DNA from: an uncultured Christensenella sp.
GTDB taxonomy: Bacteria; Bacillota; Clostridia; Christensenellales; UBA1242
DNA: 55,106 nt
Assembly (NCBI GenBank): GCA_964367785.1
Contig: CAYIZE010000001.1
Location: 1-55,106, forward strand
Direction of reading: 5' to 3'
The position numbers and the translations under genes were made by a program. Positions 40,401 to 45,500 of this stretch are shown here, piece by piece. The stretch's first letter is position 1, and each line of letters begins with the position of its first letter. Below the pieces are notes generated by a model, which worked only from the letters and a program-made list of their open reading frames with translations, did not search any database and was not told the DNA's origin.

Positions 40401-42324
40401 TTTCCAGCGAGGAGTCTTCTGGCAGACAGTTAAAAGATATGTAGGAATTAAAATTGTTTTCTAAGTCTAAATTTAAGTCGCTATTTGCATTATAGTTTGT
40501 GAAAGTGATGTTCCCGATTTGTTCAAGCACATTTTTTTCGTTATATTCGTCCAGCACATATTCGCCTGAACCATCAACTTCATAATACAAATAGGAATAA
40601 TCTAAACTGCTTATTTCCCTTATTCCCTGTGCAACGGTCAACTCTATTGTCGCAACGGCTTGCTCTGTTGTGTTTGGGTAGACTGCCCGCAAAACCACAT
40701 AATAAACCTGTCCAGCAGTGAAAGTAACACCCCCTGTGGAATTAAGTTTAATATATAATTTTGTATTAATGTCAAATTCAATGCCTTCTGACAAAATTTC
40801 TTTTGTTAGTTGTCTTGTTTGAAGATTGGTCTTATATGAAATGGACAAAATGTCCAAAGGTGAAACAAGAGCCTCTAAGGCAGAATTATAAAACTCTAAA
40901 ATAAATTTGGCATCTTCATTGAGAACTGTAGTAGGATTTGACACCCCAATTTCAAAAGATGTGCCAAGTAAAGAATTATCGGTGTCCATATATAATTTTT
41001 CTTCATAAGCATAATCATCATATGCAGTTTCATCTCCCGCAGAGATACTTTCCATTTCTATGTTGTTTATGGAGAAATTTTTGATGAGATTAAAACATTT
41101 TGAGACATAATTGTGAGATAGTGGAAACCCGTCCACTTCGTAATCTGCATAATCACAAGTGAACTGCAATGTGAAAGTTCCATTTGGATAGGAAGCGTTT
41201 ACCGTTGTTATAGTTTTAGATGCTGTAAGTCTTAAGTAGATTAAAGTATAAGTTGCATCTTCATAACTAACATAAGAATAGGTTAGGTCTTCATTCAAAT
41301 ATTCCACGTCATTTTCAACCGGCTGAGCAGTTATGTCAAAAGGAGACAAAGCGTCTTTCAAAAAAGAAAAAGACACCAAAACTCCTTTTGATTTAACTTT
41401 TAAAATTATATCTGCATAATTGAGATTATTAAAATTGACAGCAAACTCTTGTGTTTCACTATCTAAAATTTTATTTTCTTCAACAGCATCAGTTTTCTGC
41501 AAACCAGAGAAGATTTCAAATTCATCAATTTCAGGTAAAACTTGCAGAACAGTTGTCGCAATAAGATCCTCTTTTAAAGGATTATCATACACAGCCGTCA
41601 CCACAAGACTTTCCAATGTTGTTCTGTTTGCAATGACTGTTAAATTTTTTGAAACAGCATTAAAACTCAGCCCAAACCCCACAAGTTCACTATCGCTATA
41701 TTTAACAAATTCTCCACTAACTATTTGTCCAAATTCATATGTGATTGAATTGTCGCCTATTGATGAAAAAAGTGGGTCGCAAATTACTTGCTCCGCAAAA
41801 CTGACAGTTGAATTTTTCTCATTTGTGATTGCAAGATTACTATTTTTAAAACTAATGCTTTCAGCAACTTGCTTGACAAAAACTTTAATGGTGGAAGTTT
41901 TGCCACCTTCAAGACTTATAACATTAACATCGGCTTGTCCAACAGAAGTTGCAGTTATTCTTGTTCTAATTCCACCGTCAATATATTCAAGGTTGTCATT
42001 AACATTGACAACTGCGTTTGAAATGTTAAAACGTGCGCCATATCTAAAATCATTTGGCACATTTTCGAAAAGGACATCAAGACTTGCAGAAGTTGAACTT
42101 GAATCCTCAATGTAGAAAGTGTAACTTCCATCAACATTTATATCAAAAGTGCCAGTTGAAGTGGTCACACGTTGTGCACCATTATCAAGAGAAATCGTGT
42201 TTTCCTGAGAAAAATTAAGTTGCGACGTCATAACAAGGTTGCCATAACGAGAATCACAACCGACCAAAGAAAAACAGCATGAGAGTAAAAATATTAATAT
42301 AAATCCGTAAAAAACTCTTTTCAT
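25438..42324 (-). CDS. Giant (about 5628 aa) modular surface lipoprotein with Ig-like stretches and six GLUG-type beta-helix modules
   Basis: The frame is uninterrupted for 16.9 kb. The track starts it at a TTG (42366). I prefer the ATG at 42324 (MKRVFYGFILIFLLSCCFSLVGC|DS), which has a GGGA-type RBS 4-5 nt upstream and forms a signal peptide plus lipobox. The body contains recurrent GG(I/L/V/A)(V/I/A)G repeats and six module-cap motifs (see findings). Confidence 0.85.
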   Translation of the reverse strand: MKRVFYGFILIFLLSCCFSLVGCDSRYGNLVMTSQLNFSQENTISLDNGAQRVTTSTGTFDINVDGSYTFYIEDSSSTSASLDVLFENVPNDFRYGARFNISNAVVNVNDNLEYIDGGIRTRITATSVGQADVNVISLEGGKTSTIKVFVKQVAESISFKNSNLAITNEKNSTVSFAEQVICDPLFSSIGDNSITYEFGQIVSGEFVKYSDSELVGFGLSFNAVSKNLTVIANRTTLESLVVTAVYDNPLKEDLIATTVLQVLPEIDEFEIFSGLQKTDAVEENKILDSETQEFAVNFNNLNYADIILKVKSKGVLVSFSFLKDALSPFDITAQPVENDVEYLNEDLTYSYVSYEDATYTLIYLRLTASKTITTVNASYPNGTFTLQFTCDYADYEVDGFPLSHNYVSKCFNLIKNFSINNIEMESISAGDETAYDDYAYEEKLYMDTDNSLLGTSFEIGVSNPTTVLNEDAKFILEFYNSALEALVSPLDILSISYKTNLQTRQLTKEILSEGIEFDINTKLYIKLNSTGGVTFTAGQVYYVVLRAVYPNTTEQAVATIELTVAQGIREISSLDYSYLYYEVDGSGEYVLDEYNEKNVLEQIGNITFTNYNANSDLNLDLENNFNSYISFNCLPEDSSLENLIITSQNTKILTIEKKADNRYLITTKSIGSTYIEITASNLTQKYVLKVNIYKPITNMVIGLTDTSIEMGVGKFEQDANGNLLSATVKNNRNISFNLTILPSKVSQYSISYVVTRNDANLSVQIGTYSKDANGNVTGTSINEKFIIEDLGRFRIDLVNRTFIFSNTQNMDYTYTITVTLTNINGVMKQSEFVLSSYVCVETMSISLPVTTVYDPSTLSYQSKIQTIDDMELNSNSIPTNDDSIFGVSVNAFSKDGGTPSYSFLENGRIIFLINGVKDSEYYASSGILSSSYSVQTSFATLLSSTAWNGYFWFKLNENYDFSTVKTIVVNALIKELDYFLSRDKNISVSKALTSSSILVNYDSVSENNYELNFKKGLTSEKEITLQLQKNTSYNKNLLYLILNEKEVNGTKYLVLPEEGYGLINVQINSTGIEAQYKMSINVNSSDLSTAYIIVIPQDKILSSTENETCNEFSYLSISLSSDTFEEGMYYVLEEGEYISAEEYDENADYFVKIKSNISSVLSIWQGTLVFKITVSNGEDTAYYISTLEELKQICANEESSTKNYILTKDISASSSGNFETLGSNFYEADVSGELADDDYYLLNFGVYTLADLSGDFDKTLTYYRTGFHGTLSGEHVVTGIQNEMLNKSYYGITNITYTASTTADSFSVIAKLGKSGKIENLSVKYSSYQPSFAQSIESFTFGGIVAVNYGTIENVKVSFSNVYFGANKALTFGGIVGKNFGTITQSENNLSGVKGSINITLSSNDYDYNIGGMVGENYSILSGKYSLNQTLNYTFNDAGFDSSLIMNIISGNVLTRTNIGGVAGLNSGKISNISVQGKIIATNCDNVGGLVGKLTYDENYNGVKDVEENGTTVQKTFYSLSNSYSIIIITANDYVGGAVGRIEGQSAESMVYLYNISAENYSANNTTRTLVTANNVVGGLIGYAKFLNLNYSYFISYFNCSAVTTNVTQNYNYDIVGNQQVAGLIGEFENTDIHECATNLNIKAQSNASLFVVQTVIDCTVTNAFAIGSLYVISSGDFTLGFGGLVNGFSYSCVYNVINLTTKYTCLNVESGILSPAEIISTFNAENYDDMWNIDNTNNINSGLPYLQILEEGTGVQQAMFASSSINIVAIVKDNISITLDGYIKNDENSLVIFLNSDEYGKYKSADIASLNKININDLMDIIVYPQTSKTSRIQVYSNNGKVVTFDDNGLMTIVGEGSAKIILSSKLNSNFYKEIYVYVILGFSDIEIYANVGLTSSLDGAEIELLTLSSQNLYVETFYDVTLGENEIYNLTSTQDIGVRFVVTEADLELLIGETTDQTNSINSIFQIGNNSWRYDQEEHIYYVDINPNGLFLIMPLEAMQENKSLNISFYPYITPTFDSAISTIFFNEYSGNFTLSIVKGATSLVFENNISKIEMNQLQVAVIDVTIFTDYSDDVIIDNFDQIEQENGNFGSTIGGYTYTYDQDTGIVESISMTYTIWYKDKTNAIDGNINFNLVFFASSNSSLTKTLNLTITSFSALDSVGLSIYDELDNFPQESNKNNVIYNGETGLLSVEVYPYFAKFNTLQISYATTSSSSLSIMQISYDASASSGVKWSSYEDSGAVIQNDGSLIVQKISGQDTYKINTDNKYSYSKSYFFSLIVGSGTTNGSQFVVTVKVLNSNKEVISTNEISIITLAQPVISLSFDESLKGTDGKYYLPYNTLNELDVNLVNFSGKVNWQIESVTNYVFTPDVEEILMPVLQNGKYYLTTLRYNSDSEDVHDPYIIGNEFILTAQVDDGQNIYNYTLNFVITLFTVTNIEVQDVTDGTLTLQTSTTTPLQVNVEASYDSAITSSSNNWYTSWYENNGDNSSDKLYQNIVASGYDVEELFQNYITKLKEKIAQAKYNPSSSLISGVFSYVSESDIQTNLTANTTYNDDIFRVENYKEFFALVGLRINKSSSLRYNVKLSYYGPASVGTGMPNVENYNSEISSNYKHTFSFIDDFNLIFVFKTELINYIPISNSEDFMNMQEGYDYRLVSDIELSNYTPFSANFSSFDGNNHTIYISSFSYSSNTTQACNLGLFSEVSKDTIIINTTVLYTNKVQVVEGELIPSSVPLQINFYQTQTVVFGGITCVNNGVLSNCKVTGGISIDLDIDSTSDDSTSVETEKNGGLVATNSSTGYITNSKVENFSLICYGQTGGFVCNNSGKIVASSFDESSVGNLSSDNMGGFAYSNSSLGSIYECYSQGVRSDSDRDIRNTGNGLASYGGDIGGFIYTNSGTISDCYSNIKTSSSSSMAGFFYVDLASSVISRCYSISYKNPNDNNTTAFPFAGPLSSSFEPRIEVKGTLNNCFYLTSSETWRETGFYIEDSNKLSDTPDNKKAVGLSFDNFATHTSFTNYDLSLVYSTSNYVDSTASNLHTYNFVDGYTWVIIEGKPVIVSTLINTVSMCDYIGKTKNYSSIYNYFDVTNQTINAGTTENISSNKTKTTYYGVDVLNLTTYEIYSITIDNALKTLTYEFAERGDLEKMTIYYDITQGIENATLISAETGDEEIQVLDVETESEESITSDDNFRANDTIVIDYNENGEIIEITYKVLENASYSYTGNVSGVSDVQGTRTNPYLIYDYNTFNSLLNKNTSQKFYRILKDIDLNSSFVSTVHSSFQGVLQGNYMTVLNISLSYLNSNIVEGFDVDSFGLFASITTVADDKLNSNETFDTVISNFNLQVDQVLSNAHKFVGALAGRIGPSTYTVTDETTGEQTVVESQNSNQKIFLNNIKISGIGNNSSYIYGKNAVGGLAGIATGRVIIKDITCDVSVNATFEISNTLTDEILYTTDEEVDYVSYSGGVVGIFDVAAVVDDSTQKNYNATNIIVLGRNSYIGSIVGSAFGLVGQNAIVNYVNTTVTYAQSSYIKAVSYAGGLVGENRGTIISSSINYEEEDNTTVYVGYSFNTEYNFFYNSSRYVTIAVGGLVGINNGGTISNSICSINVRNKRATIAGGAVGRMLEGTLDYVVTGGSVVAKSIMGGLIGTINDVYTIVNEGGYNANAIIKVQYLATETTKQTYADFIANSTVEENEKVTVIKNCVSATNWLFMDYDYYDSILKKVGSVGGFIGLVSCAFVGTDVVARMNEFVEFSSQSFYSNTLYKTNTTSVNKYIKPIYTSKTIDSYNSVITVDPITLTDENGNQSVYPYATSSFYNEVNLSSTYYRIKMETNTLAGTSTEGDVYMEYVYSVTSSSPTSITNDGQFFKEIDGTWTATTLDRTYSWYKNHFGKFYQKITDAEGSDTYVSIGTEDSYNSIIQGNANEMFYYVSTPVIDNFQYSTNYLTENNNIVFFGIDPTSQKGADGYSFNTLLDFKTQTSISVNGITIPLDTAILGDVDESLELEDTFTSIEYKYSNVNLTLPDGRIITSLSFIIKSYMTGSTKWFYAENVTLNYLCENVAPASSTAFDVFVNLSSTTINVTTTYSLNVSSKKVIYHAFENGYWSFDNNFFSLTYSVNSKFPTNEELADIYVWSSFITPFVGGNQTITDIDSAEDLAALAYSVNVLGQNYDGVEVRLLKDIDLSGKYWVPIGTDETPFKGTFKGINTTSLFSIKYASVNENSLYSSTNTLSNTLPTYAGLFGKVENASLQNFIVIGGEFYGVNTGGVAGIATNSIISNVENRNTIVATENAGGIVGVNYSLEGVEESSFINCKNYGEVKVVNTRTSSDPELYMGGIVGKLNVLTVQDILDGKILKLSTFTNNKNYGKLLLNNKLNNYTALSSNKVSVFVGGLVGMSSFTSFGGENANYGNIILTTNAHKVYVGGVTGYIVEDTSSVTSISNFKNDSTFTISYENSCKDETISSAYCYVGGVVGYSSKELTLASGAGQIDFNCRRATLAEIAVAGVVAKTSSSVSESYSMDNINLSSSDSSTYMTIAGVVGLINLDTSLSILNCYNSGDITADSTSNIFVGGIAGKAISAVEINYLNISNCLNIGKISVQSINESKNALGAIVAVDDYIYTGYLDETDDTQSIYMRNYYLRGSASSGNTNYFGMTSYDISTDSYKATDDIITFCDSQISTDLKDKTISFIDWDFSNIWGQEFDTWYPTLKQNDIKTLWVDKSSEVTSVNKIFIIESAEQLAYIADQINNGYITTKNVTFKLKKQIDLANKYWTPIGTKDYPFSGTFDGDGYVIKNLTIDGNVLSNKLYGGLFGFVQDAVVTNFGLESVIIKNVDYAGGVAYSVENSAVSKVFTEKGDSVQSKVEGLKGAGGLIYQMINDESNSNSTCSLKYSYNNVDVSGSLSGAETQIVGGIVAKIQNAILDNSYNGENAVISRKEAVSGVDDGILVVGKVEENCSLLNVFNLSPTVADSSTTYSTCSPKLFYLDEPTSSVVATTLNPIFENLTVDGYELSDIWTKEYSLHEDAFSIYPSLRGLGQNWKNTESDSLLSYNYNLNNATAILATKHKILEDIEDLGVSQTLVSFGSDNTTTSIKTIYLISTAEELSWLATNVNSGMFSSLNCEFLLVNDIDLSGKYWTPIGNSSINSFRGIFNFNGHVISGLRIDTSNLSYGGLFGYTSNAQILNGYIDKAFIKVKSESTTSKIYVGTVVGFAENTIIKNISVSTNIVGLSKAGTYVGGIVGLYTGSIGYEIKNVHVYRTGSTVDLGSYENMVAEEVNGSLGVIKKDTVDILAVCSSGLVYVGGVAGYLSGYSTTGDDFVVEYADNETNLAGVSTSNSSNVYAGGIVGYGVSFSINASHNKGNVKTYSSKYDVVGGIVGYSFESRLSNCYFSDGYIESRQATGRDTTNENIWSYVGGIVGWTYSGSLEYCVSVGNTRANSQNQDLNMGAIIGKAEQKIFNLGEVDSENVYSTEGTGFSISVGHYDSSCEIIDELEEIFLTEMSTISDSGIFKSEFWSNSNQTLKDKRIFLMSCGEITLKANSPIDNPLINSTNPGLYISSLNENTVTYEQDAFEEGDKIGIAVVKIVDNVLTYEYFEMELGTTPDNGYDLSTFITVADGVDIVTCYVTVIRD
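25950..34420 (-). repeat. Protein-level GLUG-like repeat modules 2-6 of the giant lipoprotein (approximate bounds, interrupted by linkers)
   Basis: The translation shows GGxxG pentapeptides roughly every 20-30 residues (e.g. GGLAGIATG, YSGGVVGIF, YAGGLVGEN, VGGLVGIN, AGGAVGRM, MGGLIGTI). The nucleotide copies are diverged. I saw no long identical DNA repeats. Confidence 0.6.
42256..42324 (-). other. Lipoprotein signal peptide with lipobox L-V-G-C
   Basis: MKR (basic n-region) is followed by VFYGFILIFLLSCCFS (hydrophobic core) and then LVGC. The Cys codon is at 42258-42256 and is followed by DS. This fits the signal peptidase II consensus [LVI][ASTVI][GAS]C. Confidence 0.7.
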
Positions 42325-42405
42325 ATTTCCCTTTTTGTCGTTTTCCTTTCCCATTATTAAAATCAATCCAGTCTATTCATCTATCTTATCAAAATCTTTC
42401 AATAA

Positions 42406-42435
42406 AAACTATCAAAATACTCTAAAATTTGTCAA
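42406..42435 (-). promoter_or_regulatory. Candidate promoter for the giant lipoprotein gene (TTGACA-18-TAGTTT, extended -10 TGA)
   Basis: On the minus strand, a consensus TTGACA (42435-42430) is followed by an 18-nt spacer ending in TGA and then TAGTTT (42411-42406). The -10 is weak. Confidence 0.3.
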
Positions 42436-42511
42436 AATTTTTCTCTTTTTTCACCACCATTTTTTAGGGCGTCCACCCTCGCCCGTTTTTCAGAAATAAG
42501 ACCAGTTATAT

Positions 42512-45500
42512 TTATATAGCATTCACATTATATAAGAATAATACTCCCATTGGAACAAAGCCTTTATCCCATTCAAAGTTTCCAACATCTTCGCTTGTTG
42601 TAACATTATCAAGTTCATAAAGTTTTTCCAAGATAATTGATTTTGAAGACAAATCAGTCATATAATTAAGTTTTGTATAAATATTTCTTGCAAAACTGAC
42701 ATCTCCACCACAATCTTGAATAGCACTTGTTTCATATTTTCCGTCATAATAAGATGTAATAACTTTATAAACTTTAAAAGTTGTTTCAATTTTTGTAATG
42801 CCGTCCCCAGCAGGAGGTGAATAACTCACAGAATTTGAAGAACCAACACTTGCCCCTTGAACTTCTAAAGAAACAATTTTGTTAGAATATAAGGCGGCTT
42901 GTTCTCCTAAATAAATCAATGTGCCTGATGAAGCAGAAAGACCCAAAGAGGCTATGTCTTGTATGATTGAAGCTGAACTTTGTATGGCTTCATAATTTGA
43001 TTTAACACTCTCCCAACCATTCAAACTAGTTGAACTGTTAGCTACGGCCATAAGATTATAATAGGTTGGTAAGTTACTTATACTGTTGTATTCATAACCT
43101 GTTATCTGTCCTTCCGTATCATAAGTTGGAACACATCCAGTGGTTGTAACAGCAACTTCAATCACATAACCCACCTGAGCTTCTTTTGAATCACCTTCAA
43201 GTTCATCTTGTCTGTCAGCCCAAGAAACTACTTTAACAGCAGCGCCTCCGACATCAGTCGTCCAAGTGCCAAGAGTTCCAAATTCAACCGCTTCATTAAT
43301 GGCTTTCGCTCCGTCCTCTTCAGAATTTTCGTTTAAGCCAGCAATGTTTCCTCTTCTATCAACAATTTCATAAGTGTTAACTAATTCATCACTATCACTA
43401 AAGTGAACAGTCGATTGTTGAGTTTCGTTGAAACCATAATAATAGTAACCAGAAATTATTCCAGTGTTTGTGCCGGAGACATATGATGTGCCACTTATTT
43501 TTCCTGCAATTCCTCCAACTGCTCCAGAATATACATTAGAGAATTCAGTTGGACTATCATATTCTGTGGTATCGCCCGTCATCAAGTTAATATAATTCAA
43601 ACTTGGACTGCTTTCCCAAGAACTGCTGTCAATATATAAAGAACTACTATGTCCGCCCAAACTTAATGTTGCTGAATTTGTGCAATCAGTTGTAACTTTG
43701 CCTTCATCTGCACTAATTCCAACAATACCACCCAGCATACTCTTGTTTGAAGCAGTGAGTGTAATCTGTTCGCCACTTGATGTGCCGTTTGTGCAATAGA
43801 AAATTGAACCAAGATTTTTGCCAGCAATTCCACCAATGCCATCAAAGTCTGATGTAATACTTGCTGAGTTTTTGCTATTATAGATGTAACTATCATTGAA
43901 ACCACAAATTCCACCAAGGACAGCATTGTCTGCAGTTGAATTTAACAAAATTTCAAATTTGTTTTCGCATCCATAAATTATTCCTGACTTTTCGTCACTA
44001 CCTGTGCCGAAAGAGGTGTTGTATCCGACAATTCCACCAAACATAAAGATCTCATCACTAATACTCAAAGAAGCGTCTGTGCTTTCTCCAAGTTTAATAG
44101 CAAAGACAGAACCTCCTTGCATTTGACCAACTACCCCTCCAATTATAGATCCAGCATTTGTAGTTATAGTCAAATCTTTTAAACTAACTGTCGTGGAGAT
44201 TGTGTCCAAATTTATGTTTGTATTTGGCACATCTTCGTTTTCCTCATCATATCCAAAAGGTCCAATTCTTGTGTTCACACTAACACCAACAAGACCACCA
44301 ATATAGTTTTGGCTATCTGTTGCAGTTAATACACCATTAACAGAAATTGCTGATTTATTTAAAACAACTTGGCTATCCTTCGCAAAACCAATTACTCCAC
44401 CAACTGCCGTCGTTCCATTAAGTGTAATGTTTTTAATTTCAGAAACATTAATAATAACGCTCTGTTTTTCTGCACCATTAACATAGCCAATTACGCCTCC
44501 TGCATATTTTGCAGTCACAACGCTCCCAGATTTTGCCACAGAAGAGATAATTCCGTCTGATGCTTTTCCAATTAATCCGCCACCATAATATACACCACTA
44601 ACATTTGTCTGTAACTCTGCTATTTCGAAATTATATAAATTTCTATTTTCATCATCTAAATCACTTTCCGATGACACAGTCAATTCACCAACAACTCCGC
44701 CACCATAAACTGAATCAAGAGAACCTGAAGCGATTACTGAAACTGGGTCTACAGCTGAATTAATTGTCCCGCCAGTCAAAATTCCCACAACACCACCAAG
44801 GCTAACACTATTAGAATTAATATTGTTTGCAACCCGTGAATTTTCAGTCTTGCTTGCACTATTAATTGTTCCAGCGTCCATTCTTCCAACATATCCGCCT
44901 GCATATGAATTGTCGCCAGTTGCAATGATAACTCCCACTGTGCCACCATTTATTGTGCCAGTAGTTGTTATATCTGCTCCATTCGAATCAGTTGTTTCAC
45001 GACTAGTCATCCAACCAACAATTCCACCAATATTATTGCCTGAAAGAGTTGTTGGAACAATTCCTCCATTAATAACTCCACCTGTCATTTTGCCCACCAA
45101 ACCTCCAAGTGCAATGATATTATCACCATTACTCTCTGTGCCTGTTGCAATAATTATATCCGAAACGTCTCCATTTTCAATTAAGCCACCAGCCATTTCT
45201 CCAACAAGTCCGCCTGCGACGTATTTTCCTTTCACAATGTTTAAATCATAATAATAGAAATACATTCCGGAAGATTCAGATAGGTTAAAATTAAATGTTC
45301 CGCCATTCATATATCCCACAAAACCACCTGCAGTATCAGCACCTTCTGTGATGACCGCTTTTGCTTGCTCTGTGACATTCACACCTTTGCTTATAACTCT
45401 TTCAAAAATGCAATCCGTTCCTTCCAGATAGCCCACGACACCACCGCCGTATGTTGCTGTGCCGACTTCGCCACCTTCCACAACTAACGAACTGCTTCCA

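Noticed and set aside
41420-42115. 231-aa plus-strand ORF, and many other plus-strand ORFs of 60-140 aa inside the giant genes (e.g. the Pro-rich 44823-45251 and 52887-53087).
   Set aside because: They are antisense shadows of the minus-strand coding frame. The GGxxG codons read as Pro-Pro on the opposite strand. They have no RBS, they lie wholly inside a much longer and better-supported ORF, and their composition is explained by the sense frame.
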